From an uncultured Thermoplasmata archaeon (GTDB lineage Archaea; Thermoplasmatota; Thermoplasmata; Lutacidiplasmatales; UBA184): a DNA stretch of 64,000 nt. The stretch spans positions 77,579 through 141,578 of the forward strand of contig CAWDQP010000002.1 of NCBI GenBank assembly GCA_963804505.1, given 5' to 3'. Both the position numbers and the translations under genes were made by a program. Positions 30,849 to 40,697 of the stretch are shown here, piece by piece; positions within the stretch are counted from its first letter, which is position 1; every line of letters starts with the position of its first letter. The notes beneath the pieces are model-generated. The model was not told where the DNA came from and made no database searches. It saw nothing but the letters and a program-made list of their open reading frames with translations.

Positions 30849-31553
30849 GTGAGCGTCCGAAGCGGAGTCGCACTCGTCATCGTCCTCCTGGTCGTCGCGT
30901 CCGCGGTCACCGTTTCCACGGCGGCGGCTCGGCCTTCCGGGGCGCGCCCGTCCCCCGCCGGGTCGAGCGGATGGGTCAACATCTCCGCCGAACCGGACTA
31001 TCGGTTCCAGCCGTCCACGTTCGAGGACGTGCCGACGAACGCCAACATCACGGTCACTTTCACGGACCATGACGTCATGCAGCACTCGTTCAACCTCTCG
31101 TCCCGGGCAGGTTTCGTGATCCCGTCCGGGTACACGCCCACCCAGCTGACGGCCCTGTTCACCGAGTATCCTTCGATGTTCTCGCTGGAGGTGAACTACA
31201 GCGGCGACGTAGCCGTGGGGACGTTCCACTCGAACGCGACCCCGGGCTGGTATGAGTTCATTTGCAACGTTTCCGGCCATTTTCAGAACGGCATGATCGG
31301 GTTCATCGCTTTCGGGGAGAACCTACCGGCCAACCTCACGGTACCGTCACGATCCTCCGTGGGCGGGGCAATCAACCCCGTCGAGGCCGCGGCCTCGGGA
31401 GCGCTCCTGCTCGCCGTGATGGTGGGGGTCCTCGCCTGGCTCCGCCATCGGTCGGTGCCGCGCTCGACGTCCGACCCTCGATCTCGAAAAAGCCGGCCCG
31501 CACCGCCCGAACGACGGGTCGCCTCCGCTCACGGGGACGTGACGTTGAAATAG
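30849..31553 (+). CDS. Cupredoxin (type 1 blue copper protein) with signal peptide and C-terminal TM anchor
   Basis: Copper ligand pattern H (VMQHSF) ... C-x4-H-x4-M (FICNVSGHFQNGM). GGAGG about 8 nt upstream of GTG 30849. C-terminal GALLLAVMVGVLAWL. Confidence 0.65.
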   Translation: MSVRSGVALVIVLLVVASAVTVSTAAARPSGARPSPAGSSGWVNISAEPDYRFQPSTFEDVPTNANITVTFTDHDVMQHSFNLSSRAGFVIPSGYTPTQLTALFTEYPSMFSLEVNYSGDVAVGTFHSNATPGWYEFICNVSGHFQNGMIGFIAFGENLPANLTVPSRSSVGGAINPVEAAASGALLLAVMVGVLAWLRHRSVPRSTSDPRSRKSRPAPPERRVASAHGDVTLK

Positions 31554-32194
31554 AGCACGAACCCCGCCGGCCCCACATCGGGCAACGACGGCGCCAGGAC
31601 GAAGCCCGCCAGCGACCATGTCTGGTTACCGGCGAACCCGACGGTCACCGTCGCTTGGGCGTAGAGGGGGTAGCAGCAGGCCACCCAGCCGGGCTTGAAC
31701 AAGCCGGGATTCGATCCGCTCGTGGTGATCGAGAAATTGGAGATCGTCTCCCACTGGGTCCCGTTGTTGGTCACGTTGAAGTAGAACCAGAACCCGGCCT
31801 CGGCCGGCGAGTAGTTTTCGTCCACGAACGGAAGCGCCGGGCAGTGTCCGCAAATGTCCTGGCCTTGGAGGGCGGAGAAGTAGCCGCTCGACGCTCCGAG
31901 GTAGTCGATTCCCCCGACCACCTCTCGGATCGACTCGTTGTACGGGTTGGGGTTAAACCCCGAGTGGCCCCCGCCGCCCGAAGCGCCGGAACCGGTCGCC
32001 GGTCCCCACCAGAACCAGTCGGTGGCGATACCCGTCCAGACCACGACCTCGACGCAGACGACGGCGGCGAGCAGAAGGGTCCAGGGACGCCGCGCGGCGG
32101 CCCGATGACCCCGGCGGAATCGCGGTCCAGGACCGGGCCACGCCGGCCGGCGCGCGGAGCGTCCACCGGCCCTCACGGCCGATCCGATCCTCAT
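31529..32194 (-). CDS. N-terminally anchored extracellular protein (hypothetical)
   Basis: RRPWTLLLAAVVCVEVVVWTGI anchor, then a Cys- and sequon-containing domain (FWFYFNVTNNGTQW). Confidence 0.45.
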   Translation of the reverse strand: MRIGSAVRAGGRSARRPAWPGPGPRFRRGHRAAARRPWTLLLAAVVCVEVVVWTGIATDWFWWGPATGSGASGGGGHSGFNPNPYNESIREVVGGIDYLGASSGYFSALQGQDICGHCPALPFVDENYSPAEAGFWFYFNVTNNGTQWETISNFSITTSGSNPGLFKPGWVACCYPLYAQATVTVGFAGNQTWSLAGFVLAPSLPDVGPAGFVLYFNVTSP

Positions 32195-32319
32195 CCATCG
32201 AGTAAAAGGCGTGGACTCCGCAGATATCTCTTCCCTCGAAAGGGAGGGATGCTGAGTCGAAGGAGGAGGCCAGATCGTTGCCGGAAGGTATATGGCCTAT
32301 GGGGTCGTGGCGCGGCCCT

Positions 32320-34449
32320 ATGGCGACCCGCCGGGGCCGACCTGCCCTGGTCGGGGTCTTGGTGGGGCTTGTCCTTCTTTTGCTGGTCTCCTCCGCGACG
32401 ATCGCCGTCACGGAGTCAAGGACGCCAGCGTCGACGACCGGGGCCGTCGCCGTGACTCTGCCCACCGTCTCGGAACGCGGCTCCGGCATGGCCCCTACGC
32501 CGAGCGTGCTCTCCGCCCCGTGGACGCAGATTCCGCGGATGCCCGCTTCACTCGCGGTGGGCCGGATCCCCTCCGCCCAGGTAACGCCACAGGGCGGTCC
32601 GTTCCTGCCACCGGTTTCCGTCGCGGTGGGGGCGACTCCCTGGGCGTCGGTGTATGACCCCGCCGACGGCGAGCGAGTACGTGCTGAACGCGGGCGCGGC
32701 GAACGTCACCATCCTGAACAACACGAGCTACGTGGCGACGGTCAGTCTCGGGAGCTCCCCCTCCGCCGGGGTCTACGACGACTCGGACGGGTGCGTCTAC
32801 GTGGCCGGGCTGGACTCCGGGAACGTCACGATAATCTGCGGGACCTCGATCTTCGGGACGTTCAACGTAGGGGGCTACGTGAGCGCGCTCGCGTACGATC
32901 CCCCCACCTATACGGTCTACGTGGTCGACTATCAATTCGACAACGTGACGGCCTGGTACGGCAGCGAGTTCCTCGAGTCGATCCAGGTGGGGACCGAACC
33001 GGTCGGAGCGGCGTATGACTCCTACAACGGCTACGTCTACGTGACGAACTACCAAACCGCGAACGTGACCATCATCAACGGGGCCACCGTGGCGGGAACC
33101 GTCCACACCGGCCCCCATCCGTTGACCCCATACCCCGACCCGGCCAACGGCTACGTGTACGTGCCCTGCTACAACTCCTCCAACCTCTCCGTGATCGACA
33201 GCCTGACTCACTCCGTGTCGCTAACGGTCGGATCGATACCGGATTTCGCAACCTACGACCCCGCCACCGAGGAGATGTACATTTCCAACGTGGCGTCGGC
33301 CAATTTGAGCGTACTGGACGGCCTGGCGGTCGTGGCGTCGGTGCCCGTTGGTGTGACCCCGTACGCTTCGGCGTACGACCCGACGAACGGATACGTGTAC
33401 GTTGCGGGGGGCGGGAACAACGTGGTCGCCGTCGTCAGCGGCACCACCCTCCTGGGGACGATTCCGGCCGGCGTCACACCGTACAACGCGACCTACGACC
33501 CGGGGAACGGGTTCGTGTACGTCACGAACATCGCTTCCGGCAACGTCACGGTGCTCAACGTCGCGCAGCATTCCGTCACCGTGCCGCCCAGCGGTTCCAA
33601 CCTGCCCACCCATGCCGAATGGAGTCTCGTCGTCGGGGGCCACGCGACGGTGGGAACGAAGGGGTCCTCCGCCTCGCTTTCGATCCCGAACGGGACCTAC
33701 GAGGTACTTCGTCCGCGGGCCGAAGGGGTACGTGGTCTCGGACCTCGCACCCGTCGGCAACCTGACCGTCAGCGGCACTACCGTCACGGCGAACGGCGCG
33801 CCCGTCTCGGCGGCGGTCTTCGCCCCGGGGCAGACGACCGGGGGAATCTTCTCTCGCTCGGGTCTCCCGAAGGGAACGCCCTCGTGCGTCGTTTTCGAAG
33901 GAGTGAAGGAGTGCATCACCAAGGGGTCGATTAGCATCACCAACCTCACTCCCGCGACGTACCAGGTACAGCATCGCTCCCCTGCCCGGGTACTCCGAGA
34001 CGGTCAAGGTGGACGGTGTTGCGGCACCGACCTCCGGGTGGCTTACGCTGACCGAGAAGCACGCCACGATCAGCGTGAAGTACACCCAGGTGACCTACGA
34101 ACTGACGTTCGCCGAAAGCGGGCTCGCTTCCGGAAAGTCGTGGACCGTCAAGATCAAGGGCGAGTTCAACGGGCACGCAGCGACCGAGAGCCACAGTTCG
34201 AAGACCGGCTCCATCTCGTTCACAGCTCCGAACGGCAGCTTCAGCTACACGGTCGAGCACGTCAAGGGCTACGCGTGGGCCGGCAACGGCACGGTGACCG
34301 TCAACGGCGGTTCGGCTTCCGTGCCCGTGACCTTCACGGCCGTTCCTGCCACGCTCCCCGTCCGGGCCGATCGTGTGCCGCTCCCTGCGACGGGGATCGA
34401 CCTCTCGGCCCTGCTGGCGCGCGAGCTCGCCCGCTCGGCCCGCGGATAG
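32320..34449 (+). CDS. YVTN-family beta-propeller repeat surface protein with C-terminal Ig-like domains. Three apparent frameshifts (about 32675, 33703 and 33966).
   Basis: Signal MATRRGRPALVGVLVGLVLLLLV. Repeated P.G.AYD..NGYVYV.N..S.NV.VI units (ORF 32654..33934). Continuation in ORFs 33402.. and 34009..34449. Confidence 0.7.
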
Positions 34450-34509
34450 CGACCGCCCTCCCGGGCGAACCTACGGTCCGCGACCATCGGGGACGGCGCT
34501 CCCCGAGCC

Positions 34510-34516
34510 CTTAATC
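34510..34516 (+). promoter_or_regulatory. TATA-like box (CTTAATC) upstream of GTG 34536
   Basis: About 23 nt upstream of the start of the cyclase-STAND gene. Confidence 0.35.
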
Positions 34517-34535
34517 CTCAGGGTTCCTTCGGTCC

Positions 34536-37500
34536 GTGGTGCCGCCCAAGCGTCGGTTGGCCGCCCTGATGCTCACCGACATGGTGGGGTACACCTCGGC
34601 CACCCAGCGTAGCGAATCCGATGCGTTGCGCCGTCTCGAAGAGCATCGCGTCATCGTCCGACGCGCGCTCCGGGAGTTCAACGGCCGCGAGGTCAAGACC
34701 CTCGGCGACGGATTCCTCGTGGAGTTCGGCAGCGCGATCGACGCGGTCGAATGCGCCCGCGACATCCAGCGGCAGTTCCACGAACGAAACGTGACCCCCG
34801 GCGTCGACCGCATCGACCTCCGCATCGGATTGCACGTGGGGGACGTGGTCGTGGAGGGGAACGACATTCTGGGCGACGCGGTCAACCTCCTCTCCCGACT
34901 CGAGCCCCTCTCCGAAGCCGGAGGGATCCTGGTCTCGGGAGCCCTCCTCGAGCAGGTCCAGGGCAAGATCGACTTCCCGTTCGAAGCGATCCCGACGCCG
35001 CCGCTCAAGCACATCCTGAGGCCGGTGTCCATCTTTCGGGCCGAGCTCCCGTGGCTCGCGCCCCCCGTCCCGCGGGTCACGCCGTGGTCGGACCGGGACA
35101 AGGAGCTCGAGCGGCTGCGGGGCGTTCTCGAGAGCGCGCGCAAGGGAGAGGGTCGGATCGTCGTACTTCGGGGCGAAGCCGGGGTCGGCAAGACCCGTCT
35201 CGCGGACAAGCTGCTGGAGGTCGCCGAACCGTCGGGGTTCCGGATCCTTCGAGGTCGCGCGCATCGCGGGGAGAAGGACGTGCCGTACGCCCCCTGGGCC
35301 GAGGCCGTCCGGTCCTTCGCGCGCGGTGCGTCCGACGCCGCGCTGGCCTCGGCATGCGGGAAGCGTCCCGAAGAGATCGTTCGGCTGGTCCCGGAGCTGG
35401 CCGACCGTCTGCGGCCCCCGCCGTCCGAGCCCGCGGCATCGCCGGAGGAGGCACGCAACCGGTTCGCCGACGCCATCGTGCAGTTCTTCCTCAACCTGGC
35501 GGCGGAACAGCCGCTCCTTCTGTTCCTCGACAGCTTCCAGTGGTCCGACCCGTACTCCTGCCGCCTGTTCCAGCGGGCGGCCGCCAAGCTTCCGGGCGCC
35601 CGGTGGCTCCTGCTCGCCGCGTTCCGGGAAGGCGACCCCGCGGAGACGCCCGAGGCAGGCCAGGTCTGGGCCGCCCTTCGCACCGAACCGGGGTTCGTCT
35701 CGGAACCTCTTGGAAAGTTCACCCCGGCCGAGCTCGGCGAGATGCTCGACGCGCTGCTCCCGCGACCCAAGCTCACGGCCGACCTCCGACGGCTTCTTTA
35801 CGAGCGGAGCGACGGGAACGCTCTCTTCGCCGAGGAGCTCGTGCGCCAGATGGTCGAGGCGGGCTCGCTCGTCCGCTCGAAGGCCGGTTGGGAACTGAGG
35901 TCGGGGGGCCCGTTGAGGGTGCCCGAGACGATCCGCAACCTGCTCCAGGAGCAGCTGGACCGCCTCGACCCGGTCTCCCTGCAGGTCCTCCGCGCGGCGT
36001 CGGTCGCCGGCGGCCGCTGCTCGTACGAGGTGCTCCGGAAGATCGCGGACCTCTCGGACGACCTCCTGCTGATCTCCCTGGAACGGGCCCTCCAGGCACG
36101 CCTGATCGAGGAGCGGGTCACCCCCACCGGAGGGGTCGAGCTCGGCTTCCGCGACGCCCAGACCTGCCAGTTCCTCTACGAGGGGCTGAGCCTGATCCGC
36201 GCGCGCAACTACCATCGGAGGATCGCCGAGGTGCTCGAGCAGTTGCCGGCCCCCGAGCGAACCGCTTCGCTGGGCGCGCTCGCCGACCATTTCCATCGGG
36301 GGAACGTTCCGGCGAAGGCCCTCACCTATTCGGTCGCGGCCGGCCGCCGGTCGGCCGAACTCTACGCCCACGAGGAGGCGATCCGGCAGTACCAGGTCGC
36401 GCTCGACCTGATGGAGGAGACCGGCGCGATGCCCTCGGAACGGGCGGAGGTCCTGGCCGCCGTCGCCAAGGAGATGGAGGTGCGGGGCCGGACGACGGAC
36501 GCCGTGCGCAAGTACGAGGAGACCGCGACGATTTGGGAGAGCGTGGGCGAGGTGCGGAAGGCCTCGGCGATCCATTCGTGGCTCGCGATCCTCCTCAACG
36601 ATCTCGCCGGCCAGCAGGCCCAGGTCCTCCTCCATTCCGAACGCGCGGTCGCCCTTCTCGAAACCGCCGCCGAGTCGCCCGAACTCGCCCAGGCGTACGA
36701 TAGCCTCGCGACCAACACGAGCCGCTGGGGCAACGACCCCGTACGGGCTCGCGCGCTGTTCCGACGGTGCGTGGAGCTCGCGGCGCGCACGGGGGACCTG
36801 CGGACGGAGGCATGGGGCGGCTACTTCCTCGCCATCGCCTCGCCGATCTCGCAGAAGCACGAGGCGGTGGAGCTGGCCCGCGGGATCGTTGCGAAGCTGG
36901 CGGAGGCGGACCACGACACCGCCCCGGGCATCCTCCTCAACGTCGCGTCCGTCCTCTACCTGGCCGGCTTGGGGGACGCCCTCGGCGCGCGCGCGCTGCT
37001 CGAGCGGGCCCAGGAGGTCTCCCGTCGGAAAGGGATCCGCCGGCACGACGCCGCCATCGCGCTGAGCCTCGCGGAGGTCCATCGGCTGCTCGGGGAGTGG
37101 GACGTGGCGGAGGCGCGCGCCCGGGAGATCCGGGAGCGCGAACCCGAGGAGAACGTGCTCGACCATGTGGAGGCGTGGGTGTTGCTGATCCGGACCGCGA
37201 CCCAGCGCGGTAGGATCGAGGACGCGAGCGAGTCGCTTGGTCGACTCGAGACGTCCCGGTATCAGGAGATCCTGGAGACCCCCGAGGCCCGCCTACCCCT
37301 CGCCGTACTACGCGCCGACCTCCGCTTCGAGGCGGACGACCCTCCCGGGGCGGTGGCGGCCCTCGCGCCGGGATTTCTCGACTCCTCCGCCCAGGAACCG
37401 GACATCTCTCACGCCCTCGTCTGGACGCAGGCGCTGTACTTCGACGCGCTGCTTGCCGCCCTGCGCGGAGACACCGAGGCGGCCCGACGCGGGTTGGAAC

Positions 37501-37835
37501 GGCTCCAGACGGTCGCCCAAGGGATCGACGAGCCCTGGGCCCGCGGTTGGGCGCTCCGGGTGGAAGGGGCGATCGCTCAGTCGGCGGGGGATTTCCCGGG
37601 GGCGGTCACGAAGCTCCGGACGAGCTTGGAGGAATGGGAACGCGTGGGCTGGCCGTTTGAGGTCGGGGTGTCCCTCCTGGCGCTGGGGACGGCCTTCGGC
37701 CGGTGCAAGGACACGGCCGCGGCCCAGGAAACGCTGGAGCGCGCACGCGAGCTGTTCTGCCGGCTGGGCGCCGACCGATATGCGCAACGGGTGTTGGATG
37801 CGTTGCGAACTCCCACGGGGTCATCCCCCGCGTGA
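34536..37835 (+). CDS. Class III adenylate/guanylate cyclase domain fused to a STAND (AAA_16-like) NTPase and TPR repeats
   Basis: Cyclase motifs LMLTDMVGYT, KTLGDGFLVEF, IGLHVGDVV, GDAVNLLSRLE. Walker A GEAGVGKTRL, Walker B LLLFLDSFQWSD. C-terminal ~500 aa are helical repeats. Intact 1099-aa ORF. Confidence 0.85.
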   Translation: MVPPKRRLAALMLTDMVGYTSATQRSESDALRRLEEHRVIVRRALREFNGREVKTLGDGFLVEFGSAIDAVECARDIQRQFHERNVTPGVDRIDLRIGLHVGDVVVEGNDILGDAVNLLSRLEPLSEAGGILVSGALLEQVQGKIDFPFEAIPTPPLKHILRPVSIFRAELPWLAPPVPRVTPWSDRDKELERLRGVLESARKGEGRIVVLRGEAGVGKTRLADKLLEVAEPSGFRILRGRAHRGEKDVPYAPWAEAVRSFARGASDAALASACGKRPEEIVRLVPELADRLRPPPSEPAASPEEARNRFADAIVQFFLNLAAEQPLLLFLDSFQWSDPYSCRLFQRAAAKLPGARWLLLAAFREGDPAETPEAGQVWAALRTEPGFVSEPLGKFTPAELGEMLDALLPRPKLTADLRRLLYERSDGNALFAEELVRQMVEAGSLVRSKAGWELRSGGPLRVPETIRNLLQEQLDRLDPVSLQVLRAASVAGGRCSYEVLRKIADLSDDLLLISLERALQARLIEERVTPTGGVELGFRDAQTCQFLYEGLSLIRARNYHRRIAEVLEQLPAPERTASLGALADHFHRGNVPAKALTYSVAAGRRSAELYAHEEAIRQYQVALDLMEETGAMPSERAEVLAAVAKEMEVRGRTTDAVRKYEETATIWESVGEVRKASAIHSWLAILLNDLAGQQAQVLLHSERAVALLETAAESPELAQAYDSLATNTSRWGNDPVRARALFRRCVELAARTGDLRTEAWGGYFLAIASPISQKHEAVELARGIVAKLAEADHDTAPGILLNVASVLYLAGLGDALGARALLERAQEVSRRKGIRRHDAAIALSLAEVHRLLGEWDVAEARAREIREREPEENVLDHVEAWVLLIRTATQRGRIEDASESLGRLETSRYQEILETPEARLPLAVLRADLRFEADDPPGAVAALAPGFLDSSAQEPDISHALVWTQALYFDALLAALRGDTEAARRGLERLQTVAQGIDEPWARGWALRVEGAIAQSAGDFPGAVTKLRTSLEEWERVGWPFEVGVSLLALGTAFGRCKDTAAAQETLERARELFCRLGADRYAQRVLDALRTPTGSSPA

Positions 37836-37933
37836 GGACCGCCCGGACTGCCTCGACCTGATGGAGACAGATTCGCCCCGTCAATGGCTGGACGGTAAGG
37901 TGCCACGCCGAGAGCCGGAGTCCCCAAACGATA

Positions 37934-38539
37934 TTGCAGGTCGCCCCCATTCTGAGCGAGGGAGCGAGGGTGGTAGCTCCTAGCGCTGCGATCGCCGTCT
38001 TCCTTGCAGTTATTGCCGGCGTTGCGGTCGTCGCCGGGTCCTACTCTACACTGGTCTCGGGCCCGACCGCCGTTCGACTGGACGGGGTGGCGCTCACCAT
38101 CACCTACCTCAATGGGTCCCTCCCCATTTTCGGCCCGACCCACCAGAACGCTTGCAACGAATCCGAGCCAACGGGGTACGTCGGGCCCTGGTCTCCCCCC
38201 TTCGGCCCGGATTGTCCCACGGAGCTCGTACAGGGAAATTCGTACGACCTACAGTTCTTCATAACAGGGAATTCGGACGACTCCGCGGGCCTTTGAGCGA
38301 ACATGACGGTGACGGCGCCGTTCGAGTTCCAGTTGGTTCCCGCGCCGACCGACAACCCGACAACCTGCTCGAATGCCACCGGGCTTTTCCAGTCCGCTCA
38401 GGCCGAACTCTATTCGGGAGGGGACTGGAGTGGCTGGGCCCTCCTGTTCGTCTACCCGGACTACCTCGGTCCCCAACCGGGCGGCCTTTGGCTCCACGCG
38501 TCGCTCACGATCCAGCCCACCAACCAGACGAAGGAGTGA
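37934..38539 (+). CDS. N-terminally anchored extracellular protein interrupted by one in-frame TGA (38294-38296)
   Basis: ORFs 37934..38296 and 38303..38539 share one frame: ...FFITGNSDDSAGL*ANMTVTAPFEFQLV... Confidence 0.45.
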
Positions 38540-39086
38540 ACCTCGCCCCCTTGCTTGGGGCGCGGGTTCGGCAGGGTGCGCTGCCCGATACCGCTAGGGT
38601 CCTTCCGGTTCCGTAGCCGAAGTCGGCCCGAGCAGTTCGACATGACCCTCGGAAACCGCCGAGCGCCAGAATCGGCGGGCGAGGTAGCGCCGCCGCGTCG
38701 CGGTCGTAGGGGGTGGGTCAGAATCGTCGTTGGTGATCGGCTGGTCGGGCAGGAGCGCGACCCAGGCCGGAGCCGCGACCGCGGACTCCCCCGACGATGG
38801 GAGCTCCAAGAGCTGAGAGCTTTCGGGCCAGGTGGCACCCTCGAAACGGTCCTGGTCTGGCAGAGACGATTGGGCGTTGCTGGTCCTGCCGGCCATGTCG
38901 CTACAGGGTGGGGGGGACTACTTAATCAGTGTCAAAGTTAGAATACTAAACGATGGATACCTTGTAAATTTAGAGGTACTAACAGCAACTCCCAACGGTC
39001 GCAATCCCTTCCGCCCGCCAAGGCACTCTACGACGCCGTCACCCGGGGTCAATCGCGCCGGTCCGGGCTGGGACGGCGATGCAGGG

Positions 39087-40239
39087 TCATGCGGGGTTGC
39101 GGCGACCCCACGAGTGAGCGACGATCTTGCCGGTATCAACGATGGGCTCTCCATCGACCTGGAGGTTCCCTCCCGTTAGGTCGAAGTAGGCCATGAGGTG
39201 CGGACCCCGGCTCCGGCCTCCCATCTGGGCATTGCGCCCTATCTCGAGGGTGATGGTTCCTCGGCTTTGATCGAACAACAACGGGATGCTCGAAATGCGA
39301 GGGTTGAGGCCCACGGAGAGCTGACCGACCGGGACGCGAGGGTTCCCGAGGTGGGCGAGCGCCCGACGGAGCTGCCTCCCTCCCTTCGGGACCGCAAAGC
39401 TCTCGAGAGCCCCACCCCGGAAGGTCCAACGTCCCGGAGAGAGGGGTATCTCCTGCTCGTCGGCGTAGAGCACCCCGAGGGCGTTGGAGACCATGCGTCC
39501 TTCGGCGTGGAGCTCGTTCACGGTAACGCTCACTACGCCCGTCGGAACGACCATGAAGATGTTGCCGGACTTCACGTCCTTCTCGTCGATCACACCGTCG
39601 TCGACCTTAGGCCGCCGGTGCGCGAGCTTTAGGACGAGGTGCGTCCCGTTCGAGTGAGTGATGGTCGCTTCCCGCCCTCGCTCGAGACGGCTGGCGATCC
39701 ACGCTCCCGTCGCGCTGCATATCGGCCGGGTCGACCATCGCCGCGTCGACGAGCTCGTTCCGCCACGACCGGAGATCGATAGAATAACGTCGAGCCCAGA
39801 GCGCGCTCGTTCGGCCAAGGTCCCAGCGGACGGACCGAATGCCATACTTTTGGATCACGCGCATCAGCTCGTGATTGTTCGAGTCGGCTCGCCGGGAGGC
39901 GGCCTGGGGAAGCTTCTCCTCGCGCAGGGCATCCTCGGGTCCGTAGAGGTACACGTAGGCGTCGGAGGCGGAGAGGGCCGCCCACTCGTGGTTCCCTATT
40001 CGGCCGAGTTGGTTCACTGCGGAGCCCGAGGTACTGCGCCAGTAGGCCGGTTCGTCCTTGACAGAGAGAAGCGGTCGAGCGCCCATGAGGCGAGCCTCGA
40101 GGTCGAGATTGATGGCCCACGGCAACGTCCCACTCCAGGTCTCGATGAGCACGTTCTCGCCGCGCTTCAACCGAAGGGTGTTGCGCAGCAGATTGCGGGC
40201 GAACGCCCTTCGCATGGACTCCGGGTAGGAGGGCAACAT
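39087..40239 (-). CDS. M29-like (aminopeptidase T/AmpS family) protein, paralog of 48700-49812. Apparent frameshift near 39707.
   Basis: Collinear similarity to ORF 48700..49812 (LKRGENVLIETW / VKPKENVTIEAY; ITHSNGTHLVLKL / ITHPNGTDLKLGL). Split over ORFs 39607..40239 and 39087..39845. Confidence 0.55.
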
Positions 40240-40263
40240 TCAGCTCACCCTCGGGGCCGCGGC

Positions 40264-40272
40264 CTATATAAG
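40264..40272. promoter_or_regulatory. Shared A/T-rich box (CTATATAAG) between divergent genes
   Basis: About 27 nt from ATG 40239 (minus) and about 20 nt from GTG 40289 (plus). Confidence 0.4.
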
Positions 40273-40288
40273 AGAGAGTCCATTTAGG

Positions 40289-40573
40289 GTGCTAAAGCTG
40301 GCGTGGGAGGACGGGCCGGGGAAGTCTATGAGGCTCCACAAGGTCGTCAACCGGATCTACGAGGGAACGACCTACTACCGCTGGACCGTCTCAATCCCAC
40401 CCAAGCGCATCCGGGAGCTGGGCTGGACCGACGGGCAGGAACTCGATGCGGTTGTCCGCGGCACGTCCCTATGGATCGAGCCGGCCCTTCGAACTCTGCC
40501 GGGAAAGCGTGACCGGCCCGCGGGCTCGTTAGAGGAAGAGGTTCGCCGAAGGACGCTCAGTCGCCGACCTTGA
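40289..40573 (+). CDS. AbrB/SpoVT-like DNA-binding domain protein
   Basis: RWTVSIPPKRIRELGWTDGQELDAVVRGTSLWIEP resembles the swapped-hairpin AbrB/MazE fold signature. Start may be Met 40329. Confidence 0.4.
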   Translation: MLKLAWEDGPGKSMRLHKVVNRIYEGTTYYRWTVSIPPKRIRELGWTDGQELDAVVRGTSLWIEPALRTLPGKRDRPAGSLEEEVRRRTLSRRP

Positions 40574-40697
40574 GGTTTGCCGAGCTGGGCGCACCATGCG
40601 CAAATACCTGCGCGAGGTTCCCGCGGACCAGGAAATGTACTCGTGAACATCTATGTCGTAGGGCCCACCGATGGCAGGAAGTCCGGCGGGGGGGCCA

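Noticed and set aside
34518-37166. 882-aa minus-strand ORF opposite the cyclase-STAND gene. Also 46945..49281 opposite hutU, 17282..18676 opposite rfcL, 29107..30753 opposite the ABC-2 genes and 60756..62021 opposite the thiolase.
   Set aside because: These are antisense shadow ORFs. The opposite strand carries strongly recognisable conserved proteins in each case.
38540-39090. Left-border att site (duplicate of the tRNA-Thr 3' half) or an integrase remnant for the island
   Set aside because: The best match found by eye (AACTCCCAACGGTC versus AACTCCCGACCTGC near 38990) is too weak, and the ORFs here show no integrase motifs. It needs a computed alignment.
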